From Spirochaetota bacterium (GTDB lineage: Bacteria; Spirochaetota; UBA4802; UBA5550), in contig JAJRXZ010000020.1 in the NCBI GenBank assembly GCA_024276015.1, positions 8,245 through 72,244 of the forward strand: a DNA stretch of 64,000 nucleotides, read 5' to 3'. Under the pieces are notes generated by a model. That model saw nothing but the letters and a program-made list of their open reading frames with translations, was not told where the DNA came from and ran no database searches. This document shows positions 21,786 through 31,865 of this stretch, piece after piece (the stretch's first letter is position 1; each line of letters starts with the position of its first letter). Both the position numbers and the translations under genes were made by a program.

Positions 21786-22517
21786 ATGTTGAAACGGGCT
21801 TTTTTTGTTATATTTTTTATTGTAATATCCCTTAATAGCGGTTATGCAAAAGAGAAGGTTTTTATTGACAATTGGGATATTCAGCAGTATCGGGGGCAGT
21901 TGGGTCAGTGGAAACTCATAGGATCAAAAAAAATATTAAGATATTATGCTAAAAAGTATAAAGTTACTCTTAGTCGTATAAGCAAACTAAAGGGCGGTCG
22001 TTTATTAAACGAAGAGTATGTGTTTATTCCCTTTTCCAAAGAATACCTTAAAGAGCTGGCAGCAAAGGGGATTAAAAGAAACTTCGTTTATAAATCTAAA
22101 AGTGAATATATATGGCCTGTTGAAGGTATAGACAGAATTACATCCGCCTTTGGTATGAGATGGGGCACTTTTCACAATGGAGTGGATCTGCCTAAAAGAA
22201 AGGGAACGCCGGTAATTGCCGCAATGGATGGGAAAGTTATTTCCGCTTCATATTCGGGCGGCTACGGCAATTCAATTTATGTTGAATGCAGAAATAATTT
22301 TTATACCAGGTATTCGCACAATTCGGTTATGCTTGTAAAAAAGGGTGATTATATCAGGAAAGGGCAGATTATAGCATTTCTGGGCAGTACCGGCAATTCA
22401 ACCGGTAATCATCTCCATTTTGAAATAAGATACAAAAATATACCTCTTAATCCTCTCGATTTTCTTCCTCCGAAGAAAGAACTCTACTATGGGAATAAAA
22501 ATATAGGGAAAAAATAA
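21786..22517 (+). CDS. M23 family peptidase (LytM-like)
   Basis: 243 aa. Signal peptide. HNGVDL...GYGNSIYVE...STGNSTGNHLHFEIR. Confidence 0.85.
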   Translation: MLKRAFFVIFFIVISLNSGYAKEKVFIDNWDIQQYRGQLGQWKLIGSKKILRYYAKKYKVTLSRISKLKGGRLLNEEYVFIPFSKEYLKELAAKGIKRNFVYKSKSEYIWPVEGIDRITSAFGMRWGTFHNGVDLPKRKGTPVIAAMDGKVISASYSGGYGNSIYVECRNNFYTRYSHNSVMLVKKGDYIRKGQIIAFLGSTGNSTGNHLHFEIRYKNIPLNPLDFLPPKKELYYGNKNIGKK

Positions 22518-22553
22518 AAAGGTAAGAAATATATAATTATTTTATTATCTGAC

Positions 22554-22590
22554 AAAAAAGGAAGATATATAATATCTTCCTTTTTTTTTA
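22554..22590. terminator. Bidirectional intrinsic terminator
   Basis: aaaaAAGGAAGATAT-ata-ATATCTTCCTTttttttt: an 11-bp perfect stem with an A-run before and a T-run after, between convergent genes. Confidence 0.75.
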
Positions 22591-22606
22591 TTTTTTATAG
22601 AGTATT

Positions 22607-23560
22607 TTATTCTGATTTTAACAGTTTTTTCTGCTCCGGGCTCATTCTGTAAATGTCGTCAATCATATCGTTTATCTCTTCTTCCCCAAAAAAAGATTTT
22701 TCAATTGCTTTGGCTTCTTCTGCAGTTCCATAATAAGCATCCCTTGTCAGATGGCCTATCAATTTTTTTAAGTCTTCTTGTTTATTATGGTAGATCAATA
22801 ATATATTCGGCCCTGATTTATAGCCCCAGTGGAATCCGTCGGGGATTGTAACGGAAAATGTTTCTGTAATTCCGTCGCCGTCTGCGTCTTCGGCATAGTA
22901 TAATTTTCCGTCAATGGTTTTCCCGGATACGGAAATGAAATATTTGGTCGGCCCTCTGTCGTATACTCTTTTGGGCAGTGGTTTCCTCACAACATAGAGA
23001 CCCGATTCTTTCCGATTGATCATTAATGTCTTAAAGATCTGAAGGTGTTTTAAAATAAGTTTATCTCTGATATTCTTATAGAATTTATCAAATTTTCCGC
23101 CAAGGCTTTTGGCTCCCGACTTACTGTCCTCTTTTGTGGGATCCACTATTTTTTTCTGCAGCTCAATTCTTCTGTCGGTGATCCTCATAAAATCGGGTAA
23201 ACCGTCAATCTTATTGACCCATAGATCGGGAATGAGTCTGCTCTCCATCTCGAGGATCAATCTTCTTGTTTCTACAGTTTGGGGATTGTCATAACCGTCT
23301 TTGAAAAGGTACATTTTTTTATCTTTTACTATCAAGAGTGCTGCAATTGAATTGTCTGTTTTATCAACTTTGTATTCAATCGGTTCGGTCTCAATATGCT
23401 GGAATACAAGTCTGTCTTCGTTATATCTTGAAATGTTTTTTATTTCGATGACTTTATAGGGAATTTCTTTTGATAAAGCATCGGTGACCTGTATAATTAA
23501 TATAAACATCAGCGAGACCGAGAGGTATTTCCTTAAATTACGCAACATAATGTCCTCCAT
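22607..23560 (-). CDS. Secreted hypothetical protein
   Basis: 317 aa with an N-terminal signal peptide. It contains DADGDGITE, an acidic Ca-binding-like loop. No family assignment. Confidence 0.45.
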   Translation of the reverse strand: MEDIMLRNLRKYLSVSLMFILIIQVTDALSKEIPYKVIEIKNISRYNEDRLVFQHIETEPIEYKVDKTDNSIAALLIVKDKKMYLFKDGYDNPQTVETRRLILEMESRLIPDLWVNKIDGLPDFMRITDRRIELQKKIVDPTKEDSKSGAKSLGGKFDKFYKNIRDKLILKHLQIFKTLMINRKESGLYVVRKPLPKRVYDRGPTKYFISVSGKTIDGKLYYAEDADGDGITETFSVTIPDGFHWGYKSGPNILLIYHNKQEDLKKLIGHLTRDAYYGTAEEAKAIEKSFFGEEEINDMIDDIYRMSPEQKKLLKSE

Positions 23561-23666
23561 GCAATTATAGCAATTGAAAACTGATATGCAAAAGTCCTTT
23601 CTGCATAAAACCTGTTTAACACTGTTATTATTCCCATTTTGTAACTTTTTGTCAAATATTTTATAT

Positions 23667-24938
23667 CTATTTTTTATTATATAGATCTATATTTTTTTTC
23701 AGCTTTTTCCATTTTGCTTTATCCAGTTTTGTCCAGCTTTCCACAACGTGCTTTGTTAAGAGTGCTTCTTTCTCTTTTTTTCTGCTGTTCTTTTTTGGTG
23801 TCTCTTTTTTTAATTTTGATCTGGCATGAAATTCTTCATGTTCCTTTTGTGTAAGCGCAATTTCAGATTTAATAAAGCCTTCCATTATTTTTGAGGATAT
23901 TCTTTTTTCGGTAATTGAGCCTATAATTGATAAAACTTTCTTTTTGTTTACCAGATTTTCGATCAATACTTCCGGTGTAAAAGAGGTACCGTAAAGAGAC
24001 CCTGTTACAGCTCCGGCAACAGATGCGAGGGGAGCGCTTGACCCGCCTTCATAGGCAATGTTAAATAGTATATCTTTGGGATTTTTCCTTAAATGGCGGA
24101 CAATATAAAAAGCATAAGGTATAATTGCCAGAGGATGGTTTACAGTTGCCCTCTTTACAGGATCTTTTAAATATCTGTTAAGATTATCGATTATTTTTAG
24201 TTCGGCTTTATCCTTTTGATCCTCATTGTTCAGTTCGCAAAAAATGTCATAGTAACTTTTACTGTGCGCAAGAAGTTTGTCAGGATTTAACTGATGGTCA
24301 AACACGATATGGGTGTTCTTTTTAATGTATCGGGATACGCTTTCGGCAGCGTCAATTGCCCTGTTTATAAGGTTATTGGAAGCTGCTGAAGTTTTTATGG
24401 AGCCTGCGAGGAATTCCAGAAGGATCATCGCTCCGGAAATTGTAAATTCATCGGAAGTAAATCTGCCCATAATGTCCGCTGTTTTTCTAAAATAAGAATC
24501 CGCACTTTCTTCACTGAATGAAAGCGGGAAAACTATGGGAACAACTCTCGTACAGGGCCGATCAAAATATCTGACTGCTTGGCTTCTCTTCTGCATGGTT
24601 TTGATAAATTCTCTCTCGGCGGTTCCCGTATGTCTGAAGATGCTGTATTTATCCGAATAGGTGCTGATAGATCTTTCGATCATTTCCATAAACATGTCCG
24701 TATATTTGCGGGGCTTTGTCAGTGAGAAGGATGAAATTATCATAAACTGAGATATTGACGAATATAATCCGCCTTTTCTCCATTTATCAATTGTTTTCCT
24801 GTTCAAAAGGGGTTCAATATAATTGTTTATTTCTTTGTAGTCGGATAATATTTTCCCCTTGGAGAGACCGTCAATGGCGGTACACAATGCGTCGCCCAGA
24901 ATTGAGTTTAAGAGAATCCCTCTTATTTTATCTGACAT
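23667..24938 (-). CDS. ADP-ribosylglycohydrolase family protein with a Lys-rich C-terminal tail
   Basis: N-terminus GILLNSILGDALCTAIDG and C-terminal GGSSAPLASVAGAVTGSLYG match the ADP-ribosylglycohydrolase fold motifs (GDALG / GGDTDT.A.I.G...G). The last ~60 aa are K-rich. Confidence 0.6.
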   Translation of the reverse strand: MSDKIRGILLNSILGDALCTAIDGLSKGKILSDYKEINNYIEPLLNRKTIDKWRKGGLYSSISQFMIISSFSLTKPRKYTDMFMEMIERSISTYSDKYSIFRHTGTAEREFIKTMQKRSQAVRYFDRPCTRVVPIVFPLSFSEESADSYFRKTADIMGRFTSDEFTISGAMILLEFLAGSIKTSAASNNLINRAIDAAESVSRYIKKNTHIVFDHQLNPDKLLAHSKSYYDIFCELNNEDQKDKAELKIIDNLNRYLKDPVKRATVNHPLAIIPYAFYIVRHLRKNPKDILFNIAYEGGSSAPLASVAGAVTGSLYGTSFTPEVLIENLVNKKKVLSIIGSITEKRISSKIMEGFIKSEIALTQKEHEEFHARSKLKKETPKKNSRKKEKEALLTKHVVESWTKLDKAKWKKLKKNIDLYNKK

Positions 24939-25150
24939 CTTTTATGCTTTTCCCTTTATAGGGTATTTTTGTAAAAAATCGATATAAAGTTGCTGTTTTA
25001 GTTTTTTTTTATTTATTTATTTACATTATATTATTTTTTAGATAGTATTAATATACATAATACGGAAAAAAATAATAGTAAAGTAAATGATCTGTTATGA
25101 TATGAATAAATCCCGAACTTACAGGGATAACCGAATACTGGGGGTTAATT

Positions 25151-26227
25151 ATGAAGAGATTCTATCTGTTGTCAATTATTTTAATGGTTGTAATTGCATA
25201 CGGCTGTTCAAAGGAGCAGGGCGAAGATTATGCATCGATAACTTTTTTGATCGGCGATGTAACAAAAAATAACGTAAAAGCCGACATCGGCGATATGATA
25301 AAAGAGAAGGATATTATTGTTACCAGCGCCGATTCCTTTTGTGATGTGAAAATAGGCGGGTCCATTATCAGAATAAAGGAGAAATCAAAAGTTGAAGTGG
25401 CAAGCCTTATAAAAAAGAATAATCTCGAAAATACCTCTCTTGGACTCAGTGTGGGAAAGATGTTATGCAAACCGAAGAAGCTGTTAAAATCCGAAAGCTT
25501 TATAGTAAAAACTCCCACTGCGGTTGCAGGCGTAAGGGGAACAAAGTTCACAGTTGAAGCCGACAAAATGAAAACAACGAGAATAAAGGTCTTTGACGGC
25601 AAAGTTAAAATAGCTAAAAGGATAAAGCAGTTTGAAGGCAGTATCGACAAGGTACTCGAAGCAGCGCCGGTAGTAAAAGAGGAGATGAAAGTTGTTGTTA
25701 CGGCCAAGGAGGTTGAAAAAGTTGAAAAAGCCGCTGAGAAGCTGCTGAAGAACGGAAGCGAAAAGGAAATGGCTGCTGTTTTAACAAAGTTAAAAAAGGA
25801 CGTGGTTGTTTCTAAGGACAAAATTACAAAGTTTAAAGTGGAAGATTTTGCAAAGGAAAATAAAGAGATAATTGCAATACAGGTAAAACCGAGAGAAGTT
25901 ATCCGCAAGATCATTAAGGTGATCAAGCAGGAAAGAGAGATGCCGAAACCGGACGGAAGGCTTTTGATAACAAGATACGAGATATATTTTATTAAAAACG
26001 GCAAGGTGATCTGGGAAGGAGCCGTAGTGGAAAATCCGATTAAGAAAGACGGGAAAATATATATTGCTTCCGGTGATTATATATTCTGCGCCTCCAGTGA
26101 CGGACCTGTTCTCTGGAGAAAGAATCTAAGCAATGACGGAAAGCTTAAGATCGAAGGCGATGTTTTGAAGGTTTTTTCTCAGGGTAAAGTCACCAACCTT
26201 GATCCGGAAACAGGGCAAAAATTGTAA
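25151..26227 (+). CDS. FecR-domain-like lipoprotein, hypothetical
   Basis: 358 aa. Signal peptide with lipobox (VIAYGCS). A FecR-like beta segment (IIRIKEKSKVEV...VAGVRGTKFTVEA). A K/E-rich middle region. Confidence 0.4.
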   Translation: MKRFYLLSIILMVVIAYGCSKEQGEDYASITFLIGDVTKNNVKADIGDMIKEKDIIVTSADSFCDVKIGGSIIRIKEKSKVEVASLIKKNNLENTSLGLSVGKMLCKPKKLLKSESFIVKTPTAVAGVRGTKFTVEADKMKTTRIKVFDGKVKIAKRIKQFEGSIDKVLEAAPVVKEEMKVVVTAKEVEKVEKAAEKLLKNGSEKEMAAVLTKLKKDVVVSKDKITKFKVEDFAKENKEIIAIQVKPREVIRKIIKVIKQEREMPKPDGRLLITRYEIYFIKNGKVIWEGAVVENPIKKDGKIYIASGDYIFCASSDGPVLWRKNLSNDGKLKIEGDVLKVFSQGKVTNLDPETGQKL

Positions 26228-26261
26228 TTCGCTATTAATTATTAATACAGATAAATAGAGC

Positions 26262-26290
26262 AAAAGAGCCCCTCACGGGGCTCTTTTCTT
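26262..26290. terminator. Bidirectional intrinsic terminator
   Basis: AAAAGAGCCCC-tcac-GGGGCTCTTTT: an 11-bp GC-rich perfect stem followed by a T-run, between convergent genes. Confidence 0.8.
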
Positions 26291-26332
26291 GTCGAATGAC
26301 ACGGGGGTATATAAGAGTAAGATGCAGACGGA

Positions 26333-27439
26333 TTATTCATTAACGGTTTCAATTATTGACAGAACCAGTTCAGTGCCCTTCAGGAGGTCTTTTATTAAAA
26401 TATATTCGCTGCAGCTGTGAACTTTATTCATTCCGCATGACAGATTTATTGCCTTGATCCCTGCGCCGTTAAGTATATTTGTATCGCTGCCGCCGCCGGA
26501 AATTTCAAATTCGGGTTTAATACCGATCTTTTTCATTGCTTCCTGAGTGATTACGGATATTTTATCATTCTTGCCGATTGAAAAGCCGTTATACTCGAGA
26601 TTTCTTTTAAATCCGTACTTTGCTCCATGCCGTGCTGTTATCATTTTAAGTTTTTCTTTGATCGTTTTTTCAATCAATTTTAACTTTACATTGCTTATTG
26701 ATCTTACTTCCAGTTTGCAGTATGCTTCCTCTGCCACAATATTAGTAGCCCTGCCTCCGGAAATGATGCCAACGTTGACGGATGTTTCATTGTCAATTCT
26801 TCCGCCCGGAATTTCGGATATTACTTCGGAAAGTACTTTAATGGCATTGATCCCTTTTTCCGGTTCGATCCCGGCATGGGCTGCTTTGCCGTAGAGAAAA
26901 ATATCAATTATTGAGTGATAAGGCGCCTTTAATACGATCTTCCCCACTCTGCCTCCGCTGTCAAAAATAAAGGCAAGCCGCGATTTAACAAGGGACATAT
27001 CAAATCCTTTTATCCCGCATAGACCCACTTCCTCTGCGCAGGAAAATATAAGTTCTACGGGACCGAATTTTATTCTGTTTTCTTTCAAATAATGCAATGC
27101 TTCCAGGAACATGGCTATTGCAGCCTTATCATCGCTGCCAAGAATTGTTTTGCCGTTGGATGAGATCCTTTTGTCGGTGATCAGCGGTTCGACATTTTCG
27201 CACGGCACAACAGTATCCATATGAGCTGAAAAAAGTACGGTTTTACCTTTTCCGCCTCCTGAGGTTGAGGCATATATATTATAAGAATTGCCGCACTTTA
27301 GTTTTCTGTATCTTATTTTCAGCATTTTCAGGTAGCCGGTAATGTATTCAATTACCTCCTTTTCATGCCAGGAAGGGGAAGGGATTCTTACAAGTTCGGT
27401 AAAGGTATTGATGAGTCTTTTTTTATTGATTTCATACAT
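26333..27439 (-). CDS. M20/M42-type metallopeptidase (peptidase T-like)
   Basis: 368 aa. SAHMDTVVP, GSDDKAAIA, FSCAEEVGLCG: M20-family metal-binding motifs. Confidence 0.65.
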   Translation of the reverse strand: MYEINKKRLINTFTELVRIPSPSWHEKEVIEYITGYLKMLKIRYRKLKCGNSYNIYASTSGGGKGKTVLFSAHMDTVVPCENVEPLITDKRISSNGKTILGSDDKAAIAMFLEALHYLKENRIKFGPVELIFSCAEEVGLCGIKGFDMSLVKSRLAFIFDSGGRVGKIVLKAPYHSIIDIFLYGKAAHAGIEPEKGINAIKVLSEVISEIPGGRIDNETSVNVGIISGGRATNIVAEEAYCKLEVRSISNVKLKLIEKTIKEKLKMITARHGAKYGFKRNLEYNGFSIGKNDKISVITQEAMKKIGIKPEFEISGGGSDTNILNGAGIKAINLSCGMNKVHSCSEYILIKDLLKGTELVLSIIETVNE

Positions 27440-27440
27440 A

Positions 27441-29945
27441 TTAAATTTGCCGCTGCGAAATTTCGTTTTTAAATTTTCTTACTTTAATCGTATACTTGTC
27501 AATTATTTCGTCTCTCTGTTTATTGGTCTCACCTTCCGCATAAATATGTACTATGGGCTGAGTTGCATCAGGAAGGATCAAAACCCATGCATTATCCTCA
27601 TAGATTTTAATGCCGTCAATAAGTTCGGTTTTTTCAGGATCAGCGTCTATGTTAAGCATTCTCATTACGGCTGCTTTTTCTTCTATAGTGCAATGAATGA
27701 GAGTATTTGTCACGTTGCTTGCAGGCAGGCTCTCCTTGATCTCATATAAAGGTTTGTCTTCAATCGTAAGGAATTTTAATACTCTCAGGAAGGTTATCAT
27801 GGGGTCGTAAATCTGTTCTAAGTAAGGGTATCGTTCCTCTGTATCTGTTCTGAAAATATCGGAGATCTTATCCGGTGAATATAGTTTTGAACTTGTCCTT
27901 ATTACTTCGCCGCCGTGAGAAGTGATCATGTTCTCAATCTTTTTTGATATTGTAACAGGGATCTTGATTATTTTTGCGTTTTTATATTTTAAATAATAGA
28001 TGGACAGGATGGCGCTTATATCGTTGTTTGTTAATGTATTCCCGGTCTCGTCAACTATGGTGATTTCTGTCCCGTGAGGATTTACCAGCACTCCTATTTC
28101 ATTATTTATCTTTGCCATTTTGACCATTTTTTTCAATGATATTCTGATTTCGTTTTTTATGTCTTCTTCGCTGATGAATTCCCTTGCCTGCCCTCTATGC
28201 ACAGTTGCATTGCATCCGAAGTAATTAAGCAGTTCCGGGAAAACGTATGATGTTGTTCCGTGAAGGCAGTCTACCAGCAGGTTCCATCGCCTTTCCTTCA
28301 AAATATCGAGATTTATATAGTTGCCTATATTTGTAATATACGATTCGATATGATGTGTGGGATAAACCAGTTTTCCTGTTTCAAAGGCGTCCTTTCTGGG
28401 ATAATCGCCTCTGAAAAAAATGTTTTCAATTTTTTTCTCTTCGCTCAGAGAAATTTGGAAACCGTGCTTGTCAAATATCCTGATCTGCAAAAACTGAAGA
28501 CCCGTAAATGGAGAGATCTGGATGTAAACTCCCATGTCGGCTTTAAAAAATTTAATACTGTATCTGATTATAGGAACGGATTCAATTTCCATATCAAAGA
28601 CATCGGTGCCCATTGACAAAAGGCCCGCTGTAAAAGCTCTTTTTATAATTCTTGCTGCAGATGTGGAATCGCGCCCGATTACGATCTTTGAATTTTTTCC
28701 CAGGTAGGCCCCGAGGGCAGAGCCGAGTTTAGACGCGAATTCGGGATTTATCTTTAGATTGAATCTTCCCAGAATCCCGTCTGAACTGAAGAGAGTCTTT
28801 TTTTCGGTCTGTCCCCAGATAAGGTCTGTGGTCAATCTTGTTTCCTGCTCAATGAATTTATCGGGCCATACTCTTATGCCCGAGGGGATGATCACGTCCT
28901 TTCCGAGTCTGCAATCGTCGCTTACAACGGAACCTTCATAGAGCGTTACGCCTTCCTGCAGAACGCAGCGTTTTCCTATGTTTGCGCCGCGCAGTTCGCA
29001 TTTAGGGCCGATCACTGTGCTGTGAAGGATCACGCTTCTTCTTATTGAAGCATTATCTTCAATTATGCAGTTGTCTCCGATTACGGAGAATTCCGAGATC
29101 TCAGCGCCTTTTTTTACGCGGACAAAGTTGCCCAGAATAACCGGAGCCTTTATGTCCGCTTCAGGGTGAATATCGACATCTCTTCCCACCCAGATATTTT
29201 TTGAGATCTGTTTGCCCGGGATTTCAATGCTTACAAGCCCGTCAAGGATGTCTTTGTGTACCTGGCTGTAAGTGTTGAGATTGCCCACATCGCACCAATA
29301 ACCTTTTGCAACATAACCGTAAAGAGGGACCTTGTTTTCCATTAAGATGGGAAACAGGTTTAATGAAAAATCGAACTTTGTATTTGCCGGTACATACTCA
29401 TTGATGATATCCGGTTCTATCATATACATTCCGGTGTTGGCAGTATCGGTAAAAACTTCACTCCATGACGGCTTTTCAAGGAATTTTTGAATTCTTCCGT
29501 TTTCGTCTGTTATGACGATGCCGTATTCCGTTGGTTTGCTTACGCGTGTTAACATAATTGTAAATTCGGATTGCTTGCTTTTATGGTAGTTAAGGATCTC
29601 CGTAATATCAAAATCGATAATTCCGTCCCCGCTTAATACAATAAAGGTGTCGTTGTGTTTGCCGATGGCCTGTTTCACGCCGCCTGCTGTTCCCAGGGGC
29701 GTTTCTTCAACGGAGTAGGTGATATTTACGTCCCATTCGGAACCGTCGCCGAAATAGTTTTGTATGTTCTCGGGCAGATAATAGAGGCTGATTATAATAT
29801 CTGTTATATTATGTCTTTTTAACAGATTAACCGCATGCTCAATAACAGGTTTGTTTATTACAGGGATCATCGGTTTGGGTCTGTTGCATGTTAAGGGTCT
29901 CAGTCTTGTTCCTTCGCCGCCTGCCATGATAATTGCTTTAACCAT
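27441..29945 (-). CDS. Bifunctional sugar-1-phosphate nucleotidyltransferase / phosphohexomutase-like protein
   Basis: 834 aa. The N-terminus MVKAIIMAGGEGTRLRPLT...PKPMIPV is an NDP-sugar pyrophosphorylase signature. A left-handed beta-helix region follows. The C-terminal half resembles the alpha-D-phosphohexomutase (PGM/PMM) family. Confidence 0.6.
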   Translation of the reverse strand: MVKAIIMAGGEGTRLRPLTCNRPKPMIPVINKPVIEHAVNLLKRHNITDIIISLYYLPENIQNYFGDGSEWDVNITYSVEETPLGTAGGVKQAIGKHNDTFIVLSGDGIIDFDITEILNYHKSKQSEFTIMLTRVSKPTEYGIVITDENGRIQKFLEKPSWSEVFTDTANTGMYMIEPDIINEYVPANTKFDFSLNLFPILMENKVPLYGYVAKGYWCDVGNLNTYSQVHKDILDGLVSIEIPGKQISKNIWVGRDVDIHPEADIKAPVILGNFVRVKKGAEISEFSVIGDNCIIEDNASIRRSVILHSTVIGPKCELRGANIGKRCVLQEGVTLYEGSVVSDDCRLGKDVIIPSGIRVWPDKFIEQETRLTTDLIWGQTEKKTLFSSDGILGRFNLKINPEFASKLGSALGAYLGKNSKIVIGRDSTSAARIIKRAFTAGLLSMGTDVFDMEIESVPIIRYSIKFFKADMGVYIQISPFTGLQFLQIRIFDKHGFQISLSEEKKIENIFFRGDYPRKDAFETGKLVYPTHHIESYITNIGNYINLDILKERRWNLLVDCLHGTTSYVFPELLNYFGCNATVHRGQAREFISEEDIKNEIRISLKKMVKMAKINNEIGVLVNPHGTEITIVDETGNTLTNNDISAILSIYYLKYKNAKIIKIPVTISKKIENMITSHGGEVIRTSSKLYSPDKISDIFRTDTEERYPYLEQIYDPMITFLRVLKFLTIEDKPLYEIKESLPASNVTNTLIHCTIEEKAAVMRMLNIDADPEKTELIDGIKIYEDNAWVLILPDATQPIVHIYAEGETNKQRDEIIDKYTIKVRKFKNEISQRQI

Positions 29946-30174
29946 TTTATTCTCCCGTAAAAAAATTTATTTCAATTTTTTTATAGTGATTATTTATAGA
30001 AAGAAGTTTTGTCAATAGTCTGTTTTATATTTTTTATGTATTATATACAAAATATTATCATCATTTAATTGGAAATGTCAACAAAAAAGTTTAATTATTT
30101 TTAATATTGAGCAATATAAAACAGTATGTATGTTGATATATTCAGGCCGGACCCGTTACAAAGGGAATATCCTG

Positions 30175-30699
30175 TCAGTATTTATAAATGGCTTTACCAA
30201 TGATCAAGTCGTCTTTGACAGGCCCGAAAGTGCGGCTGTCAAAACTGAAGTCAATATTGTCTCCGATAAGGAAGTATTCATTTTCTCCTAATCTGATTGG
30301 CGGCATGTTATCCCTGTAAGAAAAAACCGCAGGAAAGATCCTTTTGTCCCCGGATTTGGTTTTCCATTTGAATGTGACCCTTTTGCTGTTTATATAAAAG
30401 ACTTTATTTCGTATTTCAACAGTATCGTTTGCCCCGGCAATAACTCTTTTAAAAAGAACTTTCTTCTGTTCAAGGGGATTGCTCAAGAGAACCGCATCTC
30501 CTATGGAGGGCTCTGTTCTTTTCAGTATAATAACGGTATCGCCTTTTTTATATTGGGGCAGCATTGAGTTGTCCTTTAGCACAAAGGATCCCATAAAGGT
30601 TCTGCAGATGAAAAAACCGCCTATTATTCCGGCCATGACAAAAATAATCTTTTTCAAAGGCGATATTTTATCCGGATCCTTTTCATAATAATATAGCAT
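30175..30699 (-). CDS. lepB: Signal peptidase I
   Basis: 174 aa. N-terminal TM, SMLP (catalytic Ser box), GDNIDFSFDSR (box E). Confidence 0.85.
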   Translation of the reverse strand: MLYYYEKDPDKISPLKKIIFVMAGIIGGFFICRTFMGSFVLKDNSMLPQYKKGDTVIILKRTEPSIGDAVLLSNPLEQKKVLFKRVIAGANDTVEIRNKVFYINSKRVTFKWKTKSGDKRIFPAVFSYRDNMPPIRLGENEYFLIGDNIDFSFDSRTFGPVKDDLIIGKAIYKY

Positions 30700-30869
30700 C
30701 GGTTAGTCCTTTCAGCGTTAGTAAATTAATTTTAAAATGATATTGAACAACTATTGTGCTTAACCGCGATTAGATCAATATAAATTTCTCAAAATTATAC
30801 TATTATGTCATATTAAGATGTTTACAATTAATAATTATCCTGCGAATGAAAAAATAGTCTATTATTTTC

Positions 30870-30898
30870 TTGACACAGAATAATAGTTTTAATAATAT
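30870..30898 (+). promoter_or_regulatory. Candidate sigma70-type promoter upstream of the FlaA-like pair
   Basis: TTGACA (30870-30875), a 17-nt spacer, then TAATAT (30893-30898), about 130 bp upstream of the first FlaA-like ATG. Found by eye only. Confidence 0.35.
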
Positions 30899-31025
30899 TA
30901 AAAATTAATTATATAAGTTTTTTTTTATTCTAAATTTTTGCTATTTTTCTGTCGAAATTTAATATGGAGTTAGTGATTTTTTCTATGATCGGGAAGAAAA
31001 AATCGTATTAATAAAGGAGTTTACA

Positions 31026-31805
31026 ATGGAAAGGACGGCCAAGATTTTAACATTGTCGATTATTATAGGAGTTCTGGTCCTTTTTCTCGGCAATGGAACC
31101 CTCGAATTAATTGCACAGCCGGCTGCAGGCAAAAAAGGCGGGGGAACAACCACCAAAAGCAAAAAGAAACAGGATGGCTTAGTCGTTGACTGGTTAAATG
31201 ATTTTGAAGCCTGTGAGGACTGGAGAGCAATTTCTACATGCCCTATTGGTGAGACCAAAATTCGAAAAATTCCCGGAAAACCGAGACCGGTAAATGCCGA
31301 AGGAAAGTTGATCAATGAGAAGGGTGAGCCCGGTGAATTTGCAAATGAAATAGTTGATGAAAACGGATTAACTCATAAGAACGAGTATGTACTGGGTGTG
31401 AAAACTTATTTTCTTGAGAGAGGATTTGACAGAGTTGAAGTCTTTCCGCCTAATGAATATATTATAAGAGGAAAAGCCAGAGAGATGAAAGTCTGGGTTC
31501 TGGGAAGAAAATTCCGCCATACTCTCTTTGTCAAACTAAGGGATTACAGAGGGAGGATCCATAAAATTAAAATCGGAAGACTTGATTTCTGGGGATGGAA
31601 AGAATTGTCCGTAATTATTCCCGGCTGGCTGCCTCAGTCAACCAGTTATGCCGTTCTTGATAAAAATCTACACTTTGTATCTTTTTATGTTGAAAGTGAC
31701 AAGTATGAGGTCCCTGGCACTTTTTATTTTTATCTGGACCAGTTCAGGGTTAGCACCGATCTGTCAGAATACTCAGGTGATGAAACAATACAGGATACAT
31801 GGTAA
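31026..31805 (+). CDS. FlaA-like protein (flagellar filament outer-layer / sheath family of spirochetes), paralog 1
   Basis: 259 aa with a signal peptide. The conserved core MKVWVLGRKFRHTLFVKLRDYRGRIHKIKIGRLDFWGWKELSVIIP...YFYLDQFRV resembles FlaA-family blocks as I recall them. It is a clear paralog of the next gene. Confidence 0.5.
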   Translation: MERTAKILTLSIIIGVLVLFLGNGTLELIAQPAAGKKGGGTTTKSKKKQDGLVVDWLNDFEACEDWRAISTCPIGETKIRKIPGKPRPVNAEGKLINEKGEPGEFANEIVDENGLTHKNEYVLGVKTYFLERGFDRVEVFPPNEYIIRGKAREMKVWVLGRKFRHTLFVKLRDYRGRIHKIKIGRLDFWGWKELSVIIPGWLPQSTSYAVLDKNLHFVSFYVESDKYEVPGTFYFYLDQFRVSTDLSEYSGDETIQDTW

Positions 31806-31865
31806 AATATGATGACTATATTAAATTTGGAAATTTTAAGGGAATGTTAAGAAGGGAGGCTTACA

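Noticed and set aside
25228-26004. 258-aa minus-strand ORF
   Set aside because: It is antisense to the FecR-like lipoprotein gene and has a low-complexity Ser/Phe/Thr-rich translation. The plus-strand gene has a signal peptide and coherent domain features.
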